Source: Trichoplax adhaerens (Eukaryota; Animalia; Placozoa). Taken from it: a stretch of 64,000 bases of DNA. A program made the position numbers and the translations under genes. Shown here one piece after another: positions 1-14,040 of this stretch (positions are counted from its first letter, which is position 1; each line of letters opens with the position of its first letter). The notes below the pieces were generated by a model. The model saw only the letters and a list, made by a program, of their open reading frames with translations, did not search any database and was not told the DNA's origin. The DNA lies in NCBI RefSeq assembly GCF_000150275.1, contig NW_002060963.1, positions 529,262-593,261 on the forward strand. Direction: 5' to 3'.

Positions 1-3000
1 AGGTAGATGATAAGCTTATGTGATATATGCCGATCACGAAATTCCAAATTTTAGAAACATAAGGGCTTTATTGAATCTTATACACAGATTAACTACACAC
101 AGCTCTACTCTAGCCGAATACTACTATTAAAGACTTCTAGAACGAACTAACAGAATAATCTAAAGTTGCATGCTTTTATACTTTTGGTAGCATTCGCAGC
201 TACAATCCGCTCGGCAACCTTTTACCTTATTTTACACATAGTTAAATTATTCTTAGTCAAAGTCTATAATTATGGCTACCAAATATCTCTTAGGATAAAT
301 ATAGAAGTTACGCTACCGTACATTATACTAACATGGCTAACAGTCTACAATCACAATACTAATTTACATTACAGCTTAATATACTATATTCGTATCTACC
401 CCTGGTTTATTCTAGCAATTGGATGACATTACATCGTCTATGATATTATTCTTTACATAATTTTTACGCTATTTCAATTAAAATCTTTACGATACTTCTC
501 TCACGCATTTTCTATTCAACTCTTAGCTAATCTAATGAATTTTGCAATCTTTAAAAACTTCTCATTAGTCAAATATTGAGGAAATATTGTGACATTATCA
601 AAAACAATCGTATAAAAAGAAATGTTAAAAAGAAAGAATTTAATGAATAACCCTACTTTGAATTTTTCAAAGAAATGACATACTGTAGAGATAAAAACAT
701 TGATCTCCAATTGTATACTCCTATGTATGTTTTAAAAGAAAATCATTTAAAGTCTACTATATCTGGGAAATTAGATGATAGGATTGCTAATTAAAGTTGA
801 GAATAAAGCATACATTATAATTATTGAATTAATTTATGAATTCTAATAGTATCTTCAGATTATTTCTTAATAAATTTAATGATTAAAATAACTACTGTCG
901 ACTTACATAGTCCTTGAGTTTTTGGCAAGGCCAAAGTCTAATGATTTAAAAGGCAAAAACGATTAATTTACCATAGGATTACCAATTCTGCATATTATTT
1001 AAACCGTACTAATTAACATTATATTATTAAATTAATTAATCTGTTTAATTATTTTATGTTATAACTCTAGATTTATGGCTATTTTAACGATACATATAAT
1101 GAGCTACTTTCGGTATTAAGCAATAATTTATTCGCGTTGATGCTTGAAGATATTTATAAAGCAAAGTAAATTTTTAATTATTCAAAATACTGAAAGTAAT
1201 TTAGCATTCATGTTTAGAAAATCACTTTTTACTTATCAAAAGTACACAATACAACCACATAACTTGACTGTTCTGCATAGTACAGAATTATAAACTGTTA
1301 TCGACGATAAGATAATAAATCTTCAAAAATGAGTATTTAAAACAAATTCAATTTTCCTTTCTCCAGATACCATGAGGAGGCATAAACATAGCAAATTTAA
1401 GAATTATACTTAGAGTCTCACTATAATTAAGAATGTTTTTCATAAGCAATGTTCTTAAAATTATTAGAATACTTATTTTGAAGTACTTAGTATCTCAATT
1501 GATCAAATCACTAAATAAAGTATGAAATTCTATTATTAATTCGTTTGCAATAAATTACGTAGCACCGAGTCTTTCATCAGAATTTAGACAAAATATTGAT
1601 ATTTAATCTGTTTAAAGTATCTTTAAGTTGCAACCATAGATTTACAGCCGTTTAAATAGTACTTATTATACTAAAATTTAGTTTCTCATGAAGCAGTAAT
1701 TTTGTGTGTTTTGAGACTTGAAGACATGAATAAAGGATGTAAAGTTTATTAGATATCCAGGCATTAAAATAATTCGAAATCCGCAATACCGATATCATTT
1801 TCATGTATTGAAAGTACCATGTCATATATAGACACATAATTTGGCGTCAGTGCACTGCGAAGAATCATCAGGACATGCTACCGATGATAAATAGAAATTC
1901 TTTGGAAATGAATGTTTAAGATCAGATTTAACGTTTCTAATTCTAGATATGTTTAAGTATCATTATAATGGGCTTTTTAAGAGAAATTGTAATAGTTTCA
2001 GCTAGTTACAATAATTATAAGTTAGAGAAATACACTTATAGTGCAGTATGTAGTGTAGAACTGTAAGTTTCAATAAAGTAAGTACGTGTTGATTAATTAT
2101 GGCTAGTATGATCAAAACAAATCATATACAGTATGTTTTCTAGAAGATCGTAACTGATAGCCATGTTAAATGCTGTTATTAGGCAAAATACTAATACGAT
2201 TGATGATTCCTATGTAGAAAGTGTTTGATTGTAATTTGTATAAGTTGTATCGAATTATTATCTTAAAGACTAAGTCGATTATCTAGTTTAGCTAGCCACT
2301 TTCGATTGTTCTTATGAAAGGAAAAAATTGGAATTCTTCTACTACAGGCGGACGCGATAAATATTTCTTTGAAAATCAATGAAATGGTGCTGAATATTTA
2401 TGACACATTAGAGATTTGCTCTACTTTAACAATTCAAAATTTTTTGTTGTCGTATTGCGAACCTAGGGTTAAGAACCCATGCTTTACAGTGTCATTTGTG
2501 AAATTACTAGAATATTCTGTGATAATTGATATCTTAAAATCTAATTGCTAAATAAAATTTAAGGTTCTGTTAATCAGGTATTCGGAATAAATTAGTAGCA
2601 CATGTTTCATTAGAACTTGATTCAAAATTACGATATAACTGTTCAGTGCTACTAAATCGATATGCAAATAAATGTCAGGTGTAGGTTAAATCATGAAATG
2701 TTTTATATTTCTAATATATTATGCAATTAACAGATAGTACATATAAAATATAATATGGAAGAAGATCAATTGAATGCAACGACTATCGAAGATACCTTAT
2801 CAAATAACGGCAGGAGGCAGAACATTGCAACCGAAACGAATTTAATAGAAGGTGCGACAGCCATAACGATGCCAAAATTAAGATAGGACTACAATTTTAT
2901 CTGTTAATAAAGAAAACTTATTCACTATGCAAGGGAAAAATATTTTAAGTGAATAATAATATAATTAATTATTATGTTACTTAAAATCCGCTGTTAACAA

Positions 3001-6000
3001 TATATATAAATTATTTGATAAATCTCCCTCTTATTTATATGTATTTTATTTACAATTAATAAAGATTATGACGCTTACAGTAATTATTACTCTGTCGAAA
3101 CCAGAATAGTAATTGTTCTATTTTAGTATAATGAAAACTTGTATAAATGGAGGTAGCTAACTCGTATCTTGTCTTGCATCCGCTGTAAAAAAAGCATCAA
3201 TCAAACCCTAATCACGCGATTACACACGTATTACACTATGATTTGCTGTGCAATTCCATCAACGACAGTTTGCTTTTAATACGAGATATAATAGAACGGA
3301 GATAGCTCATGACATAGACTTGACAGTGACAGTATTATTTATAATTTATCAACGGTATGTTTATGAATATTTAGGATTTAAATAAATAATACTTATAGGT
3401 AAATATAAGATAATATATTCCTCTAGGTTTTACTGAATAGCGTTGGAAAAGATCGAATAACGTCAGTTCATGGGAACTCAACCAACGTAAGAGAAAATAC
3501 TATAATAAATTTAATCCTTGCTAAACTCTAATTATTAAGTTATTATCATACATTATTTGCAACTATAGCTGACTAACTTATTTACGATTCTAGTAAATCA
3601 TGTAGACAATAAACGGTATTATTTCTTCTAACATATTTGGTACGGGATAGCTCATTGTAAAACTCTATATTACAGTATGTTTCTAGTGATAAGCTACTAC
3701 GTGATACTACATGACACTGTTAGAAAACATTCCCTCATATATTTCAGGTAAATATTGAGGACATGGTGCTACATTCAAAAATTTCATAGTAGCTAACTTT
3801 TAGCTACATGACATTTACTAAAATTAATGAATAGTAATAAGAATAATACACCATAAAAGAGCACGGTCTTGGATAGTAATTACCGGGGATAATTGATTAT
3901 GTATATAATAGTTAAGCAAGTTTTTAATTTAAGGCATTAAGTACTATTATTAAATTGTAATTGTTGACGATTTGATAAGGCTCTTAAATAAGTTAAGCAA
4001 ACCTTGGCTGAGATATAAGCAGTCATTAATACGTCAAAAAAATAAATATAGCCAAATTGACTTAATGTATATAGAACCGAAGATAAGTTTACTTACAAAC
4101 TCTTCGAGGCGATTACGATAAGTTTTACTCATTTTTATCGTACTCTTTGAGTACCTTATGATCAATTCGCTGTATCGCAACGCCAATTAGTATTTATCGA
4201 TGAGGATCAATAGCTAATGTAAAAGAAATTTTTAATGTAAATATGTATCTTATAAGAATATTTACGAACGATTCGAAATATTAAAATATAAAAAACGCGA
4301 TGGTGTAGAAGTTTAGCTAATTCAAACATCAGAGTCTAGCTCTATTACCTGGTATTCATTAGCTAATAAGAAAGTATTTGTATCTCTTTAAGGGATTGTA
4401 TCATGGTTAAACGGTATATTATAGTTAAAAACCTACGTTTATCAAGGTTAACATAAGCCTGATGGGCAATCATGTGGCAATAAAATGTTAGCTATGTGTG
4501 TACTAATAACTAAAATCTCTTAATAATATTTTACAAAGATTCGATAGTCAATACTTGTATAATTTATTAACGGAATGAACATGTATGATATTATAGAATT
4601 ATAACTATGATACAAACTGGTACTGCAATTTTTTCATGGTATTACGAACTTACTCTAGCGAATGGATTCAAGAGGCATAATTAATGTTCTCTTTAAGAGT
4701 TAAAATACTTTTATTCATCTTACTTGGTAAAAATATCTTTAGAATGTTTCTAAGTTCATCAATTTCCCCGGTTGCGCTGATATAGTATAATAGTAGAAAT
4801 TAATAATATTCTGTTGCTACGAGAAAATTTCGTAAAGTATTGCATAATAGGCAATTTTCATTTTATGTTAGTATATACTTTTGTGCTAGTAATGTAATAC
4901 GATCTCCTTAATTGCGTGCTTATACACTTTTAAACTGTCACTTTAGTGAGTAATATTCAGTACTATCGGGCTACCCAGGGTAGTTAGCTAGTTGATTTGC
5001 AATGGAACCAGACTAGTGCATGTAAACCATTAAAAGTAAATTTTAGACTGCAAACTATCCCATATTCTAACAATATAAGAGTATATCACCTATAAGTATA
5101 ATAATTAATGAGCATTGATGATTTGACCCTCTGATGTGCAATTCATATATATAGTATGAAATTAAAAATGTCACTCATAAATGAAGATAATAAGTATGCC
5201 ACTGTATTGTCCTGTAAATTAACAGTAAATGAACTCTTGCTAAGATTGTACTACCGGCATTTTACATACGTTGAAATACATAAGTCACAAATGAAATTTC
5301 TATGCCGGTAAACGCTAATTTATTGAATACACGACAGAGTCTTATGATGTGACTCCGCCAAGGTTACGGTGTGTTCACATAAATGCTTCCTTTTTTACAA
5401 TCCATAAATGCCCACAAGTTAGACTCGGATTTTTTTGATTAACTGCAAACTGCAAGTTGAATTTAGGTGGAACATGCATAGTAGCCTGCGATGATACAAA
5501 AACAAACGAAATAAGTAACTTACTTACGAAGGAATGGATAAAGGAATATCCTTTATTACCAGTATTTGTCAGTTACATTATTACTTTTCAAGTTTCTTTA
5601 GATTATGTATATTATACTATGATTTTTTTCTTAGTATAAACTTCAAATACGCCATATTTTACGGCAAATGTGCAGTCGGCATAACTTTATAGCGATACAA
5701 CGATAACAAATCTATATCACTTAATAGTGCCAGCTATAATCTTAATTGATTTATAAGCTACATTATAACTTTCCAGTTGTTGTTAATTAAATGAGATAAA
5801 TGCTGTATTCGTAATAAAATAACTAAGCATCTTTATTGCGAAATATTTATTAATTATCTATGAAATGCTTCTTACTTCGTATCGTAGATGCTGCATTTCT
5901 TATAAGCATTCAGCAGGAAGGCATGTGATGTAACTACGACAGGTCTATATTGCTGTATGGTATTAGCTACAATATATAATTAATTCTTTCTGCAATCAAC

Positions 6001-6600
6001 GTGGGAACTTAACATTAAATTCACACAGGTTTAAAAGTTGAAATTTATTATTTAAATTGAATCGAAATGCTTTCAAGGTTTGAAACGTAGGACTGGTGCA
6101 TTTTATTACTGTAATATAGTCCGTTATCGCTTTATTAAACTTATAAAGTTCACTATTTTTACAAAGTACGAATTAAACAAGAGATAATGCTAACATACAA
6201 ATTATATAATTTGATACGATGAATGCAGTAACTTTATCAGACAATAGATAAAATAGAAATAAAATCTAGCGTAATTACTTTTACAGAACTCATCATGTTT
6301 GCCTTTCAATTTTGACGAAATTAATTACAAGATCATTATGTGAAGCATTATTCACATAAAGTAATTTAGCAGTTAGCCGAGGCTAAAATGTATCGTAATA
6401 AGTGTATATATATTATATATAACAACAGACTTCTATACTGAAATTTAAAATTACTATTACGATATCACAATAATTGCAACAATGTATTCTCTCGTCGATT
6501 ATAGTGTTTCAGTAATAAATACGAAAGCTGCGATGCCTTTGTAAATGCAAAATTCTTGATCAAGACAGTAGTTTATTATCGTACTGTATGAATGAACAGT

Positions 6601-9600
6601 TTAGTCATCGTCTTCTTCTTCTTCTTCATCCATTTCATCGTCTAATTCTTCACCATCTTCTTCTTCTGCACGTTGAGCAGCTCTGAGTGCATTCTCTTCT
6701 TCTATAGTAGGATCGTCAATCTCAGTAATATCGGCACCACTAGGGAATTCATCTTGCACTGGAGGTGGTGGTAGAGGACTATAATTCTCACTATTATACT
6801 TGTGTCCAAAGCCAATGTAAATATTTTCAAATTTCCTAATGATACAAAGCAATGGATAATATGACTACTTATGTTCCTGATATAATTTTATTTGGTCCAA
6901 GATATACGATATCGTATAGGACTAGCAATTATTATAGACATAATGCTATGAATAATAAAACGACAAATGAAATACCTATCTATGGCAAAAGCGTAAGCTC
7001 CAGGCCATCTATTGGAACGTAAGACAGCACAAGCATAAGCAGGAACCAAACGTGATGATAAGTAGGGGGTCCATGATGAACGTCCATCAACCTCATCATC
7101 TTCTGATATTGGAGTGAGCAATGGTGGCCCTGTTTCTGGCTCGGGTTCATCAGGTTCTTCTCTTTCTTCATCATCTTCCTCATCTTCAAAATCATCTTCC
7201 GGTTTCTCAGTCGGATTGAACCAAGTGCAACGACCCTATTATATAAATTAATAATAAGAGATGATAAGATTGGTGCTTCAAATTTTTATGATTAGATTAG
7301 TGAAACAATTCAAAGATATCATTGCAAACCTGAGGTAATAAATATTGCACATGATGCACCCAATTACTCAATGATGGTTCTAAAAGTTCTTTTAGGCTAA
7401 GTCCTTCAAATTCTAGGTTAACTATGAACGAATCCCTGACTGTAGAATTATAGAAGATGAAATTAATCAGTACCTCGTCATATTCATAAAATAGATATAA
7501 AATGGCTAATGATTGAATAAACTTAATAACTACCATTTTCATCTTCGTCTTCATCTTCATCTTCATCAAAGTGGTAGTAACCTAGGGGACTAATTTGACA
7601 ACTGCCAGTAATTCGAGCAATTTGAGCACGTAAATAATTTGATTCATTTCCTGGGAACGGAGGATAACTAACAATCTAATGAATTGATGAAAAGAAATAA
7701 TATTAATTTTTCAACTATTCATGGTTAATATTTGAAAGTGAGGAATGATATTTCATTTTTAGCAATCATTCTAATACATACCGGTGCATCTAACTTGCCA
7801 GTAAAGAATTTCTTTATATTTCGTGCTATATCTATCTGAGTAGGAGTTACATGCGGTAGTTTTACCCACGGTTTACCAGCTGTTAAAGATTGTATAACAT
7901 TTCGCTCATTTAGTGACGCAGTTATCAGTAATTGGCAAGAAAGTTGATATTTACGTACTGATTTAGCGGAAAATTACAAAGTTGATTTTTTACTTACGTT
8001 CACTACAGACGAAGTAGATATATTTGTTGGCACCCGTACGATTGTCTTCACGTGGAATAGTAGGAGGTGGTTTATAGTTTGATTTAGGCAATTCATCTTC
8101 ATCTTCTTCGTCAGATCCTTTAATGCAGTACAGAACACGGCTTAGATTAAAAAATTTACTATTTAAATTTGAGAAATACTGAATTCTAAATAATTTCTTT
8201 GACTATTTACCATTTTCGCTTTCATCTCCTCTATCGTCTTCCTCAATTTCCTCCTGAGTGAAGATAAAAAAGATTTAATTTAACCCCAAATATAACCTTA
8301 AATATTTGCATCTTTAATAGCATTCAATAGTTCTATGAATTACATCTTCCAAGTCGTCTTCATCATCATCTTCTCCCTCTCGATACTGAGTTTCAGCTAT
8401 GTAGTAATTGCCATGAAGGCCGATAATTTTACCTACAATAATAAAATTAGGTCAACTTTATCATCAATTAAACAGTATCATTTTGCTTTAGGTTTTTTGT
8501 TACCCCAAAAGCGAACAGTTTGTAAGGGATAATTTTCAGCTAAAGTCTTCAATGCAAGAAAGACCCTATAAACTTCCATTTGTGACAGACCAACCTATCC
8601 ATGCGCAAAATATCTCCATTAATACTTGTAATTATAAGATTTGCATTATTTAAATGAACCATCATACTTACTCCTGCTTGTTCAAAGTAATGAGCAATAT
8701 CCATCAAATCTGGAAGTGGCAAATCTTGATCATCATCAGGGATAGGAGGCATATCTTCTCCTTCTTCAGTTCTTACCTAATTCATAGAGTGGAGGGTTTA
8801 CGTTTACAGGGTGTTGTAAATCAAAAAATCGAATGTATTGCGATAAAAAGTTACCTCAAACAATGCTTTCTGTTGATCAGCAAGATCTACTGCCGGTGAA
8901 AGGAGACTTTCATCTTGGATAGTATCATTTGGAACGATAAATTTTGATTTCTTGATATTTCGGGACATATCCTCCAAAATATCTATTTTGAAAATAAAAA
9001 TTATTTATGAGCCTGATGGTATGTAGGAGTGAAGAAATAGATTATGTTTTACTTTCATGTTGTCATGCTTAGTAGACAATATTAACACATGACTATAAAT
9101 CAATGTCATTACGGATACATTTATACTTGGTATGAATGATATAACGATAAATTCATACAAATTGCCTAGAATGATATTGGTGTTAACGACGAGTATTTCT
9201 AATGCATGTATCACATACCCACAGGATTTTCGGGTCTTTCGTTTAATACTTTCATTAGTATAGCACTTAAGTGTTCATATCTGGAAAATAGTGAATAATC
9301 ATTGAATATATTGAAAAGATTGATGGCCAAAATAATCTCATATTCGATATCTAACTTAAAAGACAAAATACTATGACTTTAAAAAATCAGGTTTATCGAT
9401 TATATAACTATTTTTCGATTGAATAGGTAAATTTATTTGAGCGATAAGAAGTGGAATAATGTTTAAAATTAGAGCTTGGAAATTGATCGTTGATTTATGG
9501 AAACGTTTTTCAAGCTACTGCAAGGCTAGTCACAAAAAGTTTAGTAATATATAGCGCTTCCTTTTCTATTGGTTTACTTACAAGCTTGTCTTGGACTTGG

Positions 9601-9679
9601 TACTCGTTTTCATCAAGTAAGATGTTGCTGTTAATATTTCGGTTGATTCTGCTGGATCAATATTTGTCGCGTTCTCCAT
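6601..9679 (-). CDS. RSPH4A: Radial spoke head protein 4/6 homolog (RSPH4A/RSPH6A-like), multi-exon
   Basis: Spliced exons give [12 protein letters not shown]...[105 protein letters not shown], then an acidic tail. These are radial spoke head 4/6 family motifs. GT-AG junctions checked are phase-compatible. The single gene is probably co-orthologous to vertebrate RSPH4A and RSPH6A. Confidence 0.92.
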
Positions 9680-9955
9680 CTTTGTAAGATAATAATGTTA
9701 CGCTTGTCGATGCAAATTCCAAGTTGTGGTGTGGTTACAAGCAATCGCAAGATGTAATTTTGCTGCAATAGAGGATAATATTGCGTCAAGAAAGTAGAAA
9801 AGGTTGCTTTGAATGTTGCCAACTGTAAAAGTGGACGACGGTAGGCAAGTACGCCTAATAACAGTGTTGCTAATTGGCAATTTTGTGAATATTGAAGCAA
9901 CACCACGGTAACGATGCTGAATATTACTGCTTTGCTGATTACATTGTGTACAGGC

Positions 9956-9969
9956 GTTGCCAGGGTAAC
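9956..9969. promoter_or_regulatory. RFX X-box upstream of the radial spoke gene
   Basis: GTTGCCAGGGTAAC matches the X-box consensus GTYNCY-N(0-3)-RGYAAC and lies ~280 bp upstream of the ATG of a motile-cilium gene. Weaker copies at 9866-9881 (GTTGCTAATTGGCAAT) and 10140-10154 (GTCACCCATGGTTAC). Confidence 0.65.
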
Positions 9970-10079
9970 GATGGCGTATTTTGACTGACGTTCTCAGTTA
10001 TCGTTGTTTACTATTCAGTGTATGAGTCAGTAGTCTGTAGGATTACGTTACTACTGGGGGTAGTGTCAACAATTGTCTG

Positions 10080-11010
10080 GTACTGTCCTGTCATGTCCAG
10101 TGTACAGTATAGTACTGGCAGTCTGACACTACAGTGGTCGTCACCCATGGTTACAGTATGGCACACAGTAGAGTACAGTACAGTACTTACCGAATGATGC
10201 CAGAAGAATAGTACTGTACTGTACAGTATGTACTGTAGTGCTGCAGAAGAAGAGATGACGTGAACCATACTAAGATACAAGTGTACATACGTTACTTGAT
10301 AGTCGATAGTGTACACTGTACAACGCCATGTAAAAGCAACGATTGACTCAGTTTATGGTCCTGTACAGTGTACAGTTTACAGTACATAACACGGCCTACT
10401 GTACATTGTACACTGTAGCAGTACAGTGTAAAGTACAGTACAGTACGGATAATATGTATTGTACACTGTAGCAATAGTTTACGGTACGGTACAGTTGAAG
10501 GTACTGCACAGTGTACAGTGTACAGTACTGTACAGGATGCTGTATACTGTACACTGTAGCAGTAGTTGATTAGTTGACGGTACTGTACTGTACTGTACTG
10601 TACTGTACTGTAGGTCTATTGATGCTAAACTTTTATGATTGTAGGCATGCAGCTTCGTATATGATATGCCTCTTATCATTAGAATTTGATGCAATTGCAA
10701 TAATTAATCTACCACGTTCACGAGTAAAGATATTTCGCCTAAAAGGTTAGATACTGTACCGTACTGGAAAAAGAACGATTGACTCAGTTGAAGTACAGTA
10801 CAGTATTTGCACATACAGTACAGTACTGTACAGTACAGTGTACTGTACCGTACGTGTATAGTACTGTACTGGAAAAAGAACGATTGACTCAGTTGAAGTA
10901 CAGTGTACTGTACCGTACGTGTATAGTACAGTACTGTACTGTACTGCATGCTGTATACTGTACACTGTAGCAGTAGTGGATAAGTGGATTACCGACTGTG
11001 ACTGTACTGT
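10080..11010. repeat. GTAC-rich (TACTG/TACAG/TGTACAG) low-complexity tract with internal direct repeats
   Basis: Dense ACTGT/ACAGT iterations, including a pure (TACTG)n run at ~10581-10610. A 39-bp direct repeat occurs at 10761-10799 and 10866-10904, and a 33-bp repeat at 10832-10864 and 10897-10929. Confidence 0.9.
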
Positions 11011-13149
11011 AAGCTTCACCTACTCGTTCGATCGATTTAAGAGCAACGAACACGGACCACGAGGCCACTGCAAGATCGTTGCCTACCAAACTGGAACGCA
11101 GGCAGATTGGATCTTTGCATCGAAAAAATTTCAAGGCTGCTCTGGTCAGGACTCAACTAGTATGTTGAGCGCGTCTTTTCTCCATTGGGTTATTGCAGTA
11201 CTTGTAATTCAGTGATGTACAGCGATTCGCTATTAGCAATGCTAATAGCGCATAGTATACGGCAGATTGGATAAAAAGATCAAAATGGACAGCCAGTGGT
11301 GGTAATCCATGATGGAATGGATGCGTTGGATGGATTGAATGAGAGTCATGTGAATGCCCTTATGGTTCAAGCCCCGACCTGCAGGCTAAATTATTCCCAG
11401 AGATTGAATAGCGATGATTGCAGCAAGGATTTATAACGGAATGGCACTCACGACGTTTGAAATGCAATGACGCCAACTAAAGTAAGCTGGTAAGTAATCC
11501 ATTTGTTCTCTAGATTAGATAAACTTCTGCACCTGCAACATGACGTTGGACTACATGAAGAAGCATCTTCTACATGTATCTACATGGATGCGTCATCAAA
11601 GTTTCCAGAAAAGAAATTGTTAAAGTGTATCAAGCCGTACCTATTGAAATGATGATACTCTTCTAATTTATACCATCTTTCGGGACTGAAACATATCAAT
11701 GTTGAGAATTGACAACTGATCAAAATGGCACATGCTTGATATCACTCTTTTCTACCTTTGAATGACAGTAAATACATGCTAGCACATGGTTAACACTAGT
11801 ACTGGATGTTCATAGGTGTCCAATACAACTGTTGATCCCAGTACATTTACAGTAGTGTGATACTTCTAGGTCAAGTTGACTCAGCCAATAATTTTACAAA
11901 TAATAATCACAATTATCCTAAATAATTCAGCATTCGAGATTTAGTGGAGTAATTATCTTGAAATGGTATTGTATCAAGCTTATTAATTTCGTAATCTGAA
12001 TTTTTCTATCGGTTTTCTTGCCAGATAAGGACAATTTGCGCGACCTCTTTCCACTGGCCACATTTCATGCGTTTGTGCAAGCCTTGAGGGAATGGCCTAT
12101 TAAATTACTGTAGCTATCTTGAATGCTACTATTCGTATGGAAATATCAAGAAGTAACCTTGATGACACTGTCATGCAACTGTTATTCACTGTTGAAAGGA
12201 TAGCATATCAGTGCCAAAATCTGCGCTGTATCAGCCTCGTCTACTGCTGCCTCGACTCTTTGCCTGGTGTTGAATCTCATCTTGTGCATATTAAACATCA
12301 TGAATTATTAGCGTCGCAGAGCTTGTTCGGAAGTATTTAATAATGTATCTACTGTACTCTATATCGAATGTAACAACTGTACAGTATATTAAAAAGTGAT
12401 AAGCTTACAATAATAACGGAGAAAATGATACCTGAGTTATTCTAACAAGCGTACGATGGTAATATTGAATGATTGTTATTACAAGTTACTACTGTTTTCT
12501 CTCCTTTCTAGAGGTAAAAGTTTAATAAAGGTTTCTAACTTTAATGCGATTAAACTCTTGATTAGAAGATTGTGTGTACGCGTTTAATGAAACATAGTAA
12601 AGTTTTAGTTATTATTTTGTAAATGATCATTCTTCAAATTATTATTACTGTTAGTGTCTGTTAAAATTGAGCAAGAAGCGTATCATCTTTCGACATTTTA
12701 CAATAAGTTATTAGCACAGTGTACCCTATAAGACCGTACAGAAATTGATGGCAACAGAAAAACAACCTACTGATCCAACTGTCTTCGTTGTGCGATAACA
12801 TAAGCAAATGGGTTGGCTCTGTTGTGTGGTGTCCGATATCATTTCTGCAAAGTTAGAATAGTAAATTTGCATGCAACGGTGCACACTGCAGTCATTAACA
12901 ATACAGAAAACTTCCCTTACAATTATTACTCATGCTAAATAAAACGAAGCTAGAAATCATGATCCAAATCTAAAAACTCGATTCTCTTATTAGTTACATC
13001 TATCCACTTCAAAGCGACACCATTGAGGACATATGCTTTGAATTCTAAAATTCAAGCTTTAAATCATCTATCAGATAGATTTAAGGCTGTTGGATTAGTC
13101 TTGCCTATATGTTTCTACCCTGTTGATATTCGTATTCATTCTCTTTCTA

Positions 13150-14040
13150 TTAACCACGTTCGTTCTGAATGAGACCACAGATTACTTGAGTTGATGGGTT
13201 CTCACATTATTAAATTCTGAGGACGTTAACATCAAATCATTTATTAGTCAAGATCGGAATGTAAAAAATTGGCTTTCTATTAACAACTGCTTTAGTAACC
13301 GATGAGAGATCTTTAAATATGCATCCCAAGATCTCAGTATATTCCGTAAGTGATGGAGTAATTTTGTTATTGACGTGTGGTTTTTACAAAATCTAAACAG
13401 GGCCTATATCAATTATTCGTCCATCAGTACAGACAGATACTAGCTATTTCACTATTTAAACCTACTGACTAACAGTCATAGTGATTATCCATGAGATCTC
13501 CGTAAAAAAAAATATTTTATGCTCGCATTGTTACAGAATGCTGCCATTGATAATTCGTATTACTTAAATTTTTCAGGCGTCCATATAATCATTTTTAATT
13601 CTAAAGTCTCCCGATATCAATCTATCCTGTAGTACAGAACAGAGATGAACATGTTAAGATTGCACACCACTAACCAAGAATCTCAATAGTTGTGCGAGAA
13701 ATCTCCGTATACCATTTTTATATTCTTTAATTTAATGGAGTAGTGCCATTAATAACCCTTTCATTAATAATCCTAGGACGTCAATATTGGATTATTTGTA
13801 CCAAGCAGAAATTAACATGTTTACAATCGTGTCTTACTAATCAATAGTCTCAACAGTTATGCAAAAAATCCCCGTAAATTTTCTTATATACTCTAACAAG
13901 GTACTGCGTTGATGATTCCTTTTTATTATTGTTAATTCTAAAGACATTAATATCATATCATTTATCAACATAGGACAGCAATCATCATGTTGATATTTAA
14001 TAGCGATGATTTTTCAACCCTGAGGACGCTAACGTCGCAT
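13150..14040. repeat. Degenerate tandem repeat, unit ~170-200 bp
   Basis: Recurring blocks (A/G)ATCTCCGTA-like at ~13330, 13496, 13701, 13868 and AATTCT(G/A)AGGACGT-like at ~13213, 13570, 13770, 13935. Confidence 0.55.

Noticed and set aside
166-426. Hydrophobic 86-aa ORF
   Set aside because: TTG start, AT-driven composition and no recognisable motif.
10011-11215. Several overlapping YSTV/CTVL-rich ORFs
   Set aside because: Translations of the GTAC low-complexity tract.
11360-11390. B-box-like GGTTCAAGCCCC (also GAGTTCGAACC at ~62500) suggesting tRNA or SINE
   Set aside because: No cloverleaf, A-box or acceptor stem could be formed.
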